From positions 1-64,000 of the forward strand of contig NIVC01003065.1 in NCBI GenBank assembly GCA_002269645.1: 64,000 nucleotides of DNA, written 5' to 3'. Positions 24,389 to 36,607 of the stretch are shown here, in pieces. The DNA is from Macrostomum lignano (Eukaryota). The first letter of the stretch is position 1, and each line of letters begins with the position of its first letter. The position numbers were made by a program, and so were the translations under genes. The notes beneath the pieces were generated by a model. The model ran no database searches. It had not been told where the DNA came from and was given only the letters and a program-made list of their open reading frames with translations.

Positions 24389-26159
24389 ACAGTGACTAGC
24401 AAGTAAAAGTTTTAAACAAATTTATGTGCTTCGAACAAGTTTTTTCGCATCGATGAAAGCTTTTTTTATAATTTATCAACATTAAACTATTTGTAAAGGA
24501 TTAGGATGAAAAGACAAAAAAAGTTTCGTGATACAAAGTACCGATACATGTACATTAAAGCTGCGTTAGAACTCTGCTCTCTTTATATCAGTTCTAAGTC
24601 TTTGTCTATGTGCTCTGAGAATAAAAATTAATTCTTAGAGCTGGAGCTGAAATACTGTGTCCTTGAACAACGTAACAACTTTGAATTAAAAAAAATCCAC
24701 TAATCCCTTTGTTTTATAATTTTAACTTTGAATAAAATTTACCGTTAATGGCAAATGTTCACCAAAGTTTTTTCTGCCAAGATTAGTGGATACGTACATT
24801 TTTACAAGTTATAAACTCTGTATACATTACCCATGCTAAAACTCTAGCAGCGGATTGCTGGCGGATTTATTTATTACATGTACATGTACTGTACATGTAC
24901 TGTACATGTATTTTCCCAGCACTAGCGGTGGTACGTCTGACGCCAGCAACTGCTGCTGGTGGATAGCAAGCGAATAGGGAAAACATTCCCTTCCTGCCTT
25001 TCGCTAGCACGTCAACGCCCATATAGCTTTTTGGGTATAAAATTGTCTAATCGATATAGAGTAGTATATGTATGTCGACTGTGTGCAAATTGTACATGTG
25101 CATGTACACACTGTAGATGTACGGGTAACTACATCATGTAGCTGTAAATATACTGCATATGTATAACAAGCTGGACTATTATACTTAACAAGGTGACTTC
25201 ATGCAGTGGTCCTTGATTTATAGTTTATACATATGTATTTTGCTCTCTGTAACATGTACATGTGCAAAAGCAATGGTGTGCTGCATGGGTTAAAATTCAA
25301 TTTCGTACGTAATTGGTGAGGCCATTATGCAATTGCAGATTCTGTGAATTTTTCCCGTAACATATGTTTGGTAAATCCAGGTAAAATGCATATATAGTAC
25401 GAATTTTGACGTATGCATGTGGGTACATACTAAAAAACAACTTGACATACATCATGTACATACATGTAGGCGGAAGGGCTAGTGGAATGGCGCTGCTCCC
25501 GATCACATTCAGCAGTTTATAAATTTAAATGCACAATACATGTAAACTCTGTTACCTCGATGTTAAAATTACGTATACATGTGGTAGATTCTTCATCGCG
25601 TATATTGCGAATTACTTGCGAAACAAAGATCCCGATCTAAAAGCTTTATAAAATCTAACCCGAGCCATTCTGCAGCGTTAAGAGAAACCATAATGCATCG
25701 CGGTTACCATAAAGTGGCACATATAATACTATGATAAAGCGACTTATGAGGGGTATCTACCAAAATCAAAAAAGCAATAAAGATAGGCGCCAATTTCAGG
25801 CATAATAAAATTATTGCTGCACAAATATCAATTCACATTTCGTGAGTTACTGTGCAACACAGCATATAGTATGTCATGATGATACTGAAGTCCGTCTGAC
25901 CGCTATAGCTTTTGAAGTTTTATTCTAGATCTTGATAAAAAGAATTGTTGCCCCGAATCGGCCAAATTAATAAAAATATGCAGATTACGATTAGTAATTA
26001 AGGCCACATACAGAAAAATATATAATAAAAACTGCATCTGTTCAATCGCCATGTCCATTACATATTATGCATACATGTACATCGTGTATGACTTCATTTT
26101 CCAGTACTACAAGTGTACTATACAGGGGCGGATTTAGGGGGGGGGGGGGGCGGCCCGCC

Positions 26160-26250
26160 CCGTACCCAGCCACACGTATCCACACGTATACCCAGCCACA
26201 CGTATCCACACGTACCCAGCCACACGTAAACACGTATTCCACACGTACCC
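26160..26250. repeat. Short degenerate CACGTA-rich tandem repeat following a CAGGGGCGGATTTAG/G-run MITE-like end
   Basis: Repeated CACACGTATCCA / CACGTACCCAGC units. Confidence 0.6.
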
Positions 26251-27627
26251 AGCTGTGTCCGTGTCACGTTCTCCTTACCGATAATCTCGATCTGTTTTTG
26301 TCTTCATGTTTCCGATAACAATTTTTACACCGATTTCCTGGATGTTTATTACGCATTTTTGTGACATTTAAACTAATAATCGAGTACATTAATTGTCCTA
26401 GATTTTTTTGTTTTATTTTATTGCTGAAGAAATCTAGCTGTTCAAACTTCACAGCCTAAAATTAATCTGTGTAGCTCCATTTTGAACTTTCAAAACTCGT
26501 TTTCTAGATCAGAATTCAGACAGATTTATCACCTGAAGTCCTTCAGGCATCACGGAACGATGAGGGACAGATTGTAGAATGAAGAAGGTATGCGCTACAC
26601 TTTTAAGTCGTGCGCGATTTTTCTCTGCAAAAAGCATATATATTTACGAACGAGATAGGAAGTTTTCCATTGATAGTTTTTAGCCCTAATTACATAGTCT
26701 AAAAGCCTTGCAAGTCACTCCCGCTGACTCACGTACGAGTTAAACCGTTTCCAATATTTGCGTCAAAAAAAGAAGTCCTGTAGGCCCATTTTAAGCCTGT
26801 TTAATTTTAACTATCTATCATAATAGTAGCTGGGTTATTCGACTCATGATCGATGTCTGGGAATTCCAAAAAACACCGGCCAAAGTATCTTCGCGGTAAA
26901 ACGCGTCCATGATCAATGCTATTTAGACTGATGAGAGCCCACATCTAAGGCACAGAGAGTGTGTATCTCGTTGTTACTCGTATATAGCGTCGTACCTACA
27001 ATCTACTAAATAGTCTAAGGCGACGACTATTGACTATATGGGCTAAAAAGGTAAGCAGCCATGGAAATGTAGCTAGGTGGCATTTTGATGAAATAATGTT
27101 TTATTATTAGTCAACGCGGAGGACAGCCCCGTCCCTACTGCAGTGTTTATGCACTGTGTTTATGTTCGCGCGGAGAGAATAGATTAGTTTAGTCTGGCTT
27201 GTATAGTCTCTGGCTGCATAATTCCGAACTGCAGCTTATGGAACCATGGGATAGCGATTTAGAATTAGGGACGTTTCCAACCGCGGCACTGCACGGATAA
27301 GAGAGAGATAAAAACAAACTTTTCGGACAAAGAAGATTTTCCCCGACTAGAGCGCCGTGCCCTATCTCTATCCCGGTTGTTCATCAATTCCTTTTTTCCC
27401 AGTAGCTTAAAATTGTTTAAACTTTGCGCAATGAGTCACTCTGAAGCTGTCAAGGTGAGAGTTGCCAGAAAAAAAACAGATTTTATGAACTTTTCTCCGT
27501 CTAGTTCATAAAAGTATGGTTCAAGCTGATTGTAGCTACGATCTCTGATGAAAATTTAAGCAATAAATTAAAAGGCCGAGTCTGCCGCTCAACCTCAACC
27601 TCTCTCATCCTCCGTCCGTTCACTTGA

Positions 27628-28993
27628 CGCATCTCAGGACACTAATTTGGCGCCTCTCAGGACACTAATTTGGCGCATCTCAGGACACTAATTTGGCGCA
27701 TCTCAGCACACTAATTTGGCGCATCTCAGGACACTAATTTGGCGCATCTCAGGACACTAATTTGGCGCATCTCAGGACACTAATTTGGCGCATCTCAGGA
27801 CACTAATTTGACGCATCTCAGGACACTAATTTGGTGCATCTCAGCACACTAATTTGGCGCATCTCAGGACACTAATTTGGCGCATCTCAGGACACTAACT
27901 TGGCGCATCTCAGGACACTAATTTGGTGCATCTCAGCACACTAATTTGGCGCATCTCAGGACACTAATTTGGCGCATCTCAGGACACTAATTTGGCGCAT
28001 CTCAGCACACTAATTTGGTGCATCTCAGCACACTAATTTGGCGCATCTCAGGACACTAACTTAGCGCATCTCAGCACACTAACTTGGTGCATCTCAAGAC
28101 ACTAATTTGGCGCATCTCAGCACACTGACTCAGCGCAACTCAGCACACTGGCTCAGCGCATCTCAGGACACTGACTCAGCGCATCTCAGGACACTAACTT
28201 AGCGCATCTCAGGACACTAATTTGGTGCATCTCAGCACACTAACTTGGTGCATCTCAAGACACTAATTTGGCGCATTTCAGGACACTAATTTGGCGCATC
28301 TCAGGACACTAACTCGGCGCATCTCAGGACACTAACTCGGCGCATCTCAGGACACTAATTTGGCGCATCTCAGGACACTAATTTGGCGCATCTCAGGACA
28401 CTAATTTGGCGCATCTCAGGACACTAATTTGGTGCATCTCAGCACACTAATTTGGCGCATCTCAAGGACACTAATTTGGCGCATCTCAGCACACTAATTT
28501 GGCGCATCTCAGGACACTAATTTGGCGCATCTCAGCACACTAATTTGGCGCATCTCAGCACACTGACTCAGCGCATCTCAGGACACTAATTTGGTGCATC
28601 TCAGGACACTAACTTGGTGCATCTCAGGACACTAACTTGGTGCATCTCAGGACACTAACTTAGCGCATCTCAGCACACTGACTCAGCGCATCTCAGCACA
28701 CTGACTCAGCGCATCTCAGGACACTAATTTGGTGCATCTCAGGACACTAACTTGGTGCATCTCAGGACACTAACTTGGTGCATCTCAGGACACTAACTTG
28801 GCGCATCTCAGCACACTGACTCAGCGCATCTCAGCACACTGACTCAGCGCATCTCAGGACACTAATTTGGTGCATCTCAAGGACACTAACTTAGTGCATC
28901 TCAAGGACACTAACTTAGTGCATCTCAGGACACTAACTTAGCGCATCTCAGGACACTAATTTGGCGCATCTCAAGGACACTAACTTAGCGCAT
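27628..28993. repeat. 23-bp minisatellite (GCATCTCAGGACACTAATTTGGC), about 59 copies
   Basis: Unit spacing of 23 bp (27638, 27661), with clustered CACTGACTCAGC variants. Confidence 0.97.
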
Positions 28994-29469
28994 TGGACCC
29001 TTGCCAATATCCGCCGCTTTCCCCTTCTCTAGCCCTCATCTGCTTGGATCCCTTCCAGTCTCCGATTACCACAGAAGGCGCTATATATGCATATAGCAGT
29101 GTTAGTCTAGTCATTTGCATAGGGACTTTTATTCTTACGAGCGTATTCTAAAAAAATATCCACACCACTCTAATATAAATCGCCCTCCCCCCAATTTGTT
29201 ATACTGAATAATTTGCGGTCGTCCCCAATCCTGATTGAACTGCAGTTGGCATCCTAATCCATCTTCACCAACGGCAACGGTTGAGGAATTCAGAAAAGAT
29301 TTCCTTAAAACCAGCGTAATCCGCGGCGCTTTGGGAGCCAAAAAGATGCATGGCTTTTGGATGCAAACCGGTTTTATGCTACTTAATTACTGCTAAATCC
29401 AGTATAAATTATGCACTCAGGCGTCTGCGAAGTTTGGAATTAATCCCGAAGGGCACAGTGTCGATTAGG

Positions 29470-30585
29470 GTGTTAGTATAGCTTCAATCTGGGTGTCAGG
29501 AGCTTCAATCTGGGTGTCAGGAGCTTCAATCTGAGTGTCAGAAGCTTCAATCTGGGTGTCAGGAGCTTCAATCTGAGTGTCAGGAGCTTCAGTTTGGGTG
29601 TCAGTATAGCTTCAATCTGGGTGTCAGTATAGCTTCAATCTGGGTGTCAGGAGCTTCAATCTGGGTGTCAGGAGCTTCAATCTGGGTGTCAGGAGCTTCA
29701 ATCTGGGTGTCTGTATAGCTTCGATTAGGGTGTCAGTATAGCTTCAATCTGGGTGTCAGTATAGCTTCAATCTGGGTGTCAGGAGCTTCAATCTGGGTGT
29801 CAGGAGCTTCAATCTGGGTGTCTGTATAGCTTCGATTAGGGTGTCAGTATAGCTTCAATCTGGGTGTCAGTATAGCTTCAATCTGGGTGTCAGGAGCTTC
29901 AATCTGGGTGTCAGGAGCTTCAATCTGGGTGTCTGTATAGCTTCGATTAGGGTGTCAGTATAGCTTCAATCTGGGTGTCAGGAGCTTCAATCTGGGTGTC
30001 AGTATAGCTTCAATCTGGATGTCAGTATAGCTTCAATATGGGTGTCAGTATAGCTTCAATCTGGGTGTCAGTATAGCTTCGATTAGGGTGTCAGAAGCTT
30101 CAATATGGGTGTCAGGAGCTTCAATCTGGGTGTCAGGAGCTTCAATCTGGGTGTCAGGAGCTTCAATCTGGGTGTCAGGAGCTTCAATCTGGGTGTCTGT
30201 ATAGCTTCGATTAGGGTGTCAGTATAGCTTCAATCTGGGTGTCAGGAGCTTCAATCTGGGTGTCAGTATAGCTTCAATCTGGGTGTCAGTATAGCTTCAA
30301 TTTGGGTGTCAGTATAGCTTCAATCTGGGTGTCACTATAGCTTCAATCTGGGTGTCAGTATAGCTTCAATCTGGGTGTCAGTATAGCTTCAATCTGGGTG
30401 TCACTATAGCTTCAATCTGGGTGTCACTATAGCTTCAATTTGGGTGTCAGTATAGCTTTAATCTGGGTGTCAGTATAGCTTCAATCTGGGTGTCACTATA
30501 GCTTCAATCTGGGTGTCACTATAGCTTCAATCTGGGTGTCACTATAGCTTCGATTTGGGTGTCAGTATAGCTTCGATTTTGGTTA
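29470..30585. repeat. 21/23-bp minisatellite (GGAGCTTCAATCTGGGTGTCA / GTATAGCTTCAATCTGGGTGTCA) with a 111-bp higher-order unit
   Basis: The marker variant CTGTATAGCTTCGATTAGG recurs at 29711, 29822 and 29933. Confidence 0.96.
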
Positions 30586-31207
30586 TTAAGCTATATTAAG
30601 CTGGTTATTAAGTGTATCTCGCAAAAACGTCGACTAAAATAATATGTATCTGCTTATAACGGGTTTAAAAAACCATGATACGCCCTCATTTACTGGCTAC
30701 ATGTAGAAAAAGTTTATTTTTTAGTTTCTCTGTCGTTTCCTCGAATTGCCAGCTCTTGTTTCAGCTCTCTGTACCCAACCGCCCACCCCCCAATAATTTA
30801 GTTGTTTGCTGTTTCAAGCTAATACTAATGGCAATATATAGCTAGAAGACCCAAATTCAGCCCTCTTCAGCCCAAACTATAAGCATTCGAAGCATTAGTC
30901 ATGCTGCATAAGTAAGTTGGCCTTATTGGCTGCAGGCATCAGGGCTGTCAGGGCTCAGCACTGAGAGTTGGCTGTGCCGCAAATGCAGCCCCCCCCCCGT
31001 CTGCCGAACAACCCTCCACGCTCAGTGATGAAAAACAGCCAGCTTAGCGCACATTTATTGTTTATCAATTTGCAATTCCTTAGATGGCGGATTGCTAAGG
31101 AGAAAGCGTCAGTTGGATCAGGCAGTCGCCAAGTCAGCAACCGCAGCACGCTTAGGCCTGAAACCTTCTTCACTTCCTGCCGCTTACTTAAATGGGCACT
31201 GCAGCAA

Positions 31208-31215
31208 TATAAAAG
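31208..31215 (+). promoter_or_regulatory. Candidate TATA box for the integrin alpha gene
   Basis: TATAAAAG, 103 bp upstream of the ATG at 31311. Confidence 0.45.
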
Positions 31216-31310
31216 GAAAGAAACAAAGCAAGGCAGCAAGCGAAGGCCACACGAAGCTGACTTGCTTATTTGACTTTCTTCAACTAAAGTGAGACACCAG
31301 TCTCCTCGGA

Positions 31311-34300
31311 ATGAAGTCGCAGTTGTTATTGCTATTAGCCTTACTACTAGTGACTCGAACTCATTGTCGCAACGGAGACTCTACAATTCGATTTCTAGTA
31401 GCAGATTCTGCTTTTGTGCTTCGCGGAGACAACAGCAGCGCTGGTGGAAGGTCTCTGCTAGGCTATCGAGTTGCAGTACTCAAGCAATCAAACGATCACT
31501 ACCTGCTGGTCTCCGATCCCAGAGCTGCAGCCGCAGGTACATCTGTCACTAGCGGAGTTGTCTACAGAGTGAAACTAACGGGCGACGAGTTCAACACGAC
31601 TAAAGAGCTGCGCAGCGTTAGCGCAGAGATTTTGTTTGACTTCGCTAGCCAAGACCGAGACCTGCACGCGAACAGAAGCGTAGTTCAATTCGGAGCGAGC
31701 ATTTCTACTCTACGAAATGGTCAGTTCGCGGTGTGCGCTCCTGGCTACAACTTTGCTAATAGTTTCAATCACTCGGTCACGCCGGGTCTCTGCGCCTATT
31801 GGCGATCGGTGAACTCTCGGCCGCGTTGGATACAGAAGGTATTCAAATACGAGCCCAATCACGTGCATGACAAGATGTTTGGCAACTGCATGGGCGGCTT
31901 TGACGCGATGCTATACGATCCCGTGGCGCCGAAACTGGCCATCTCTGGCCCGTTCTGCATGAAGGGCGGGCTAGCCTCAGTGTCCTTGACAACTAACGAG
32001 ACGACTTACGAAGAGTTTAAGATGGGAGACGAAAATGACTACTCAGGTTTTTCGTTGACTTGTGAGCCAGAAAAGCAGAACCCAGATCTGTACGCAACGG
32101 TGCCGCACTCCGCCAGCATAACCTTCACTTTGATGTGGCGAACACGACCGTCAAAAGTAGATCTTCAAAGAATCGTTATGAGAAGTGAAAACCCATACTA
32201 TAGTCACCTTAGAAAAGCATTTAACTACATGGGCTATTCGAGCGCTACAATAAAGTCAGTGAATCCGGTAACTAGAATAAACACTACCGCCATAATACTG
32301 GGCGCACCGTTTGAATCGAACAATTTGACCGTGAATTTCGGCTGCGTCTACATTGTGCCCGTTGAAGCCGACTGGACCGACAGTCAAAGAGATTCACTGG
32401 CTTTAAAGTCCGCTCCGGTTCGGTACTGCGGCAGCGACCCCGGTGGTCGACTCGGCATATCCGTGGTTAACATCGGCGACATCAACCACGACGGCAGTGA
32501 GGACTTTGCGGTTGGTTGTCCGGGCTGCGGCCCTAACGCCACGGGAGCTGTATACCTGTTTCTGGGACAGGGAAGCTATCGAGCTGAGCAAACACTTGAG
32601 CCGTTTGAGATTTTAGAAGCCACAACCGACTTATTCCCAGGCGTGTCTGGCCTGGGCTGGAGTCTGGCCGTAGCCGATGATCTTGATAAAAACGGAGAAA
32701 ATGAAATTGTAGCCACTGCCATCAACAGCGGTCACGTACTTCTCCTGCCAGCAAGGATTCTCATGAAAATGTCCATCGAGATTAAATCCCACGGAACTTT
32801 TATTAAAGATGTGAAATTTAGTGATCTTGAAAATCGAGAATCTATGGAAGTTGATATGGTCATTTCCTTCCGCACCGGCCCAGGTGGCGATGCCAGAAAG
32901 TACAAATTTGATTTCGAGGTGAAGCTTCAGGAATTCGTCGAAGCGCAGAGTCTTAAACGTTTTGACATCGAACCTGTTAGTCCCTCAACATCCAGACTTG
33001 ATTACTGGCAGCAAGTGGCTCGCAACGTCGACCCAAAGCAGATTAATTTGTTAGAATTTCCACTTAAATTTCGCATTAGTTTTCGATCGAATTCGACGCG
33101 ACATTTGCCAGCAAATATTCTGATGCGAGATCTTGCAGTTCTAGTTCGGTGGCGCATGAATAACCGCAAAGTCCAAGGCGGTCCTAATCATTTTTTCCCG
33201 GCTATTCTGTATGAAAATAAAGTGTTTCCAAATTATGACAACCAATTGACAGCTCGGATTTTTGGATTTCTGCCCGGTGTCTGTGAAGGTTCTTTTTGCG
33301 AATCGAAAGGCAACCTGAAACTGGAGCTACTGAATTCATCTCAGCTCACATTGAGCTCCTTCCAACCGATTACTGTGGCACTATTAGTTCGCAAGACAAC
33401 GCCAAGCATTTACTATGGCGGCTCGGCGATTCAGTTCGTCTTGTCCGACGGAATAAGTGTGATTGGTAACGCTGAAATTCACCAGAGAGGAGTCAGAAGC
33501 AAAGTTGCCTACTGGAGTGAGCACAATGAGTTGCTCATTACTGAACCGTACCCATTTCAGAACGATCTCTTAACTGAGAGCAATGAAGGCTACCTGAATG
33601 TCTACCTGCAGCTTCGTTTCGATGGAATGCGTTCAAACTATCGAGCTAGGTTCAATCTGATCAATATATTAGCCAATGAGGGATACGAATCCTACGTTAC
33701 GGAAGAAATAGACGAAACTGATAACGTACAATCGATTGATATTACGTTCAACACTTCACTGCTGTTGAAACTGCTGCCTCAGAATGAAGACACCACCGTG
33801 GTTGATCAGCGGAAAAGTACGGACGAGGCCTACTTAAAATCGCTGAGACAACGCGTGTCAGGAAGCGTCATTGGGCCGCCGTTGCAGCACACCTACGAGT
33901 TGTTCGCCGCCTCCAAGCCGATGCTGCCAGTCCGCGATCTGTCACTAACCGTGCGAGTGCCGTTCGCGACCGCGGACAACAAACTGCTGCTGTACTTTCC
34001 CAGGAAGAGCATCGGCTCATCGGTTCATACGGCGACGAGTCAAATACAGCCTGGCTTGCCGTTCCTTAGCAACGATATGGAAGGCTTTGCTGATAACAGC
34101 GACTACGAATGCCAACCGGTGGAGCGGGATTTAAGCGAACTTCTTTTCAAGCCGGACCTGGTGCTGCTGGAGATGAAGCACCGGACTAATGCATCAGCAA
34201 CGATGGCGCGACGGAGACGCGAGGCTCAGCAAACCAGCGCTGGAGCGGAAACCTCTCTGGCTGCTTTCAATTCTAGTTCCTTCGCAACTAGTGATTCCAA

Positions 34301-34841
34301 GGTGCTGCCTAAAAACAAAGAAGTAGAAACTATTCCATTGTTTGACTGTGAGAAGCCGCAGCAGGCCCCGTTCGCGTTCAAGTGCATCACCTTCAACTGT
34401 CGGGTGCGCACTATGATTAGTCGAAACGGTTCAGCGGACATCACGGCCGACAAAGTCTATCTGCACGTGCACGCAAAGATTTGGTCGCCAACGTTTTTCG
34501 ATGCCCGATTGAAAACGTTCAGCATTAGAAGCCACGTTGCTCTTCACTGGACGCGCTCCTTGGCCTTTCTGTCTGTGGACAAGACGGACAATTCCAGCAT
34601 CATGGAGACATTCCACTTTATCAACGCCGAATTCCCAATTGATGAGGAGATTCCTTGGGGCTACATTGTGCTAGCGATATTCCTTGGCATCTGGCTTCTG
34701 CTGCTGTGCATTATGCTTCTGTGGTACTGCAACTTCTTTAAACGCAACAGGCTCGACTATAACTCCTTGCCGCAAAAGGAGCCCGAAAGTCAAGCTGATC
34801 AAGATCCATTCTATTACATTGAGAACACGGATGCCACGTAA
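31311..34841 (+). CDS. Integrin alpha chain (no I-domain), 1176 aa, intronless
   Basis: Signal peptide MKSQLLLLLALLLV; FG-GAP repeats (FGASIS..VCAPG, MGYSS..LGAP, LGISV, LGWSLA); Ca-binding loops DINHDGSEDF and DLDKNGENEI; RRRR furin site at 34209-34220; TM GYIVLAIFLGIWLLLLCIMLLW followed by NFFKR. Confidence 0.95.
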   Translation: MKSQLLLLLALLLVTRTHCRNGDSTIRFLVADSAFVLRGDNSSAGGRSLLGYRVAVLKQSNDHYLLVSDPRAAAAGTSVTSGVVYRVKLTGDEFNTTKELRSVSAEILFDFASQDRDLHANRSVVQFGASISTLRNGQFAVCAPGYNFANSFNHSVTPGLCAYWRSVNSRPRWIQKVFKYEPNHVHDKMFGNCMGGFDAMLYDPVAPKLAISGPFCMKGGLASVSLTTNETTYEEFKMGDENDYSGFSLTCEPEKQNPDLYATVPHSASITFTLMWRTRPSKVDLQRIVMRSENPYYSHLRKAFNYMGYSSATIKSVNPVTRINTTAIILGAPFESNNLTVNFGCVYIVPVEADWTDSQRDSLALKSAPVRYCGSDPGGRLGISVVNIGDINHDGSEDFAVGCPGCGPNATGAVYLFLGQGSYRAEQTLEPFEILEATTDLFPGVSGLGWSLAVADDLDKNGENEIVATAINSGHVLLLPARILMKMSIEIKSHGTFIKDVKFSDLENRESMEVDMVISFRTGPGGDARKYKFDFEVKLQEFVEAQSLKRFDIEPVSPSTSRLDYWQQVARNVDPKQINLLEFPLKFRISFRSNSTRHLPANILMRDLAVLVRWRMNNRKVQGGPNHFFPAILYENKVFPNYDNQLTARIFGFLPGVCEGSFCESKGNLKLELLNSSQLTLSSFQPITVALLVRKTTPSIYYGGSAIQFVLSDGISVIGNAEIHQRGVRSKVAYWSEHNELLITEPYPFQNDLLTESNEGYLNVYLQLRFDGMRSNYRARFNLINILANEGYESYVTEEIDETDNVQSIDITFNTSLLLKLLPQNEDTTVVDQRKSTDEAYLKSLRQRVSGSVIGPPLQHTYELFAASKPMLPVRDLSLTVRVPFATADNKLLLYFPRKSIGSSVHTATSQIQPGLPFLSNDMEGFADNSDYECQPVERDLSELLFKPDLVLLEMKHRTNASATMARRRREAQQTSAGAETSLAAFNSSSFATSDSKVLPKNKEVETIPLFDCEKPQQAPFAFKCITFNCRVRTMISRNGSADITADKVYLHVHAKIWSPTFFDARLKTFSIRSHVALHWTRSLAFLSVDKTDNSSIMETFHFINAEFPIDEEIPWGYIVLAIFLGIWLLLLCIMLLWYCNFFKRNRLDYNSLPQKEPESQADQDPFYYIENTDAT

Positions 34842-35265
34842 AAACACATTGAATGCGAATACAAAAAGGTCTATATTGGTACACTATTGGGGTCTATTAG
34901 CCAAGCTGATGTCAAGCTTTTTCTCGGTATCTCATTGGACTTGTAAAGCTAATAGTTAATACGAATTTTTTTCTATTTTTGTGCAACGAAATTCTAAATT
35001 TCTTACCGCGACTACGTGTACACTGTATATGAATTTGTTACTAAGTCAGTAGTCCTGCTTGGGAAAATATCTTTCAATCTAAATATAATACTGTCAAGCT
35101 TTCTGTCCTGCGAAATTAATCTATTTATGAGCCAATGAACGTGGTCAAGTCATTTAAGTCGTGCAATTAGCCTGTGTTTTTGCTTTGTACGGGTATTGCA
35201 AAGTCATGCAGACTCTAAGCTATCTAGCTTATTTAACTGTAAACAGTTAAATTCAGCCTGCGGGG

Positions 35266-35375
35266 CAATGAGTGCCTGAATGCGGCACCAAAATGACTGT
35301 CTGAATGCGGCGCCAAAATGAGTGCCTGTGGCGCCAAAAATGAGTGTCTGAACGCGGCGCCAAAATGAGTGCTTG
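35266..35375. repeat. About 4 copies of the 25-bp unit (TGCGGCGCCAAAATGAGTGCCTGAA)
   Basis: Read directly; it is the reverse complement of the unit at 17117-17165. Confidence 0.8.
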
Positions 35376-35977
35376 CAACACCGATAATTTAGAAATTTAG
35401 TAATGTAGAATTCTTGGCTCTTGTCCTCCTCCACGATAAAATCGATGGCGGCGCCCCTGAGGAGTCGCATAAACTTCTGAAGCACTCTACAATATAGTAT
35501 AATTCTTTTATACTCCATTCTGATACTGTCAGGACTGGTTTCTGCCCCAATAGCCTCCCTAGACTTCTGCACCTATTTAGCTAAGGCTGAACGGAACTTC
35601 TACTTGTACTCTGCGCTCTCGCTTAGCGACATTTTCTTGCCCACCATGCAAGCTTTTCGAGTCGCACTCTAAACTTTCTACTTATCAGTAGACGAACTCG
35701 GACAAATGTCATGTCCAGGACAATATCGCTCATGGATTTCTCCGTTCTCCGGATTTTCTTCAAGTTCCAACGATCCGCATTTTACCATATGTTACATATT
35801 AATCAAAAAGCATAGTTGCTTGCAGAAGAGTGACAGGAAGGTTTCTTTAAACAATAAAAGTTGAACGTGCACTTGTCGAATGACAGTTTTTTGAAGACGG
35901 GAGAAAGTTTCGCCGGCTTTACATGTAGATGGGGCTGAATTGAGACGTTGCCCGCAATGCTTTTTCCTGCAGCGCAT

Positions 35978-36142
35978 TTAGCCCCTTTTGAGTAAGTTAG
36001 CAACACACTGCCGGCCAGCCTCGAACTGTTCGATCCACCTGTAAACCAGGTTTTCGTGAATTTCAGAGCATTTTTGACCAAGACTCCAAAGTGTAAAAAT
36101 TGCGTGTCTCTGCCCTTCTGTAGAGTGAATGTTAGGGTCCAT
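35978..36142 (-). pseudogene. Mariner transposase N-terminal HTH remnant (54 aa)
   Basis: MDPNIHSTEGQRHAIFTLWSLGQKCSEIHENL-VYRWIEQFEAGRQCV matches the mariner pattern QR..I.F....G....EIH..L...VYRW...F..GR..V, with an internal deletion. Confidence 0.65.
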
Positions 36143-36607
36143 GACTGGAACAAATATTGCAAGCTGCTGTCTTGCACCTCTGTGCTTGATCAGCTCTACT
36201 TGTGGCTTTCTTCTGAGTGAGCATGAAGCACTATGCAGTGTGTATTATACCAATATTGATGGGCTGCAGAGGGCAGAAATGAGCTATAACGCCGAGGAGT
36301 GTTAGCTCGTTTCTGCCCGATGCGGCCCATCTATATTAGTGGTATAGTTAGCGGGCGTGAAACCGCGTTTCACGGGCCGCTGAGACTGTCTATGGTAAAA
36401 TCCCATTTACTTCAATGCATTCAGTCGGTTTTATCTATGGCAAAGTCAGAAGAAAGCGGGGTCAAGGGGGCGCTGAGCCCCCTTGCGGGGGGTGTTGGGG
36501 CGGAGCACCCACATTAGCACATCAGCACACAAGACAAAGAAAGAAATAATGAAATCCAAAAATTGTCTATGGCCAAAACTCCTTATTTTGCGAATTGAAA
36601 AAATATA

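Noticed and set aside
21040-30585. 20-23-bp arrays as CRISPR or iteron arrays
   Set aside because: They are head-to-tail tandem copies without spacers in an animal genome.
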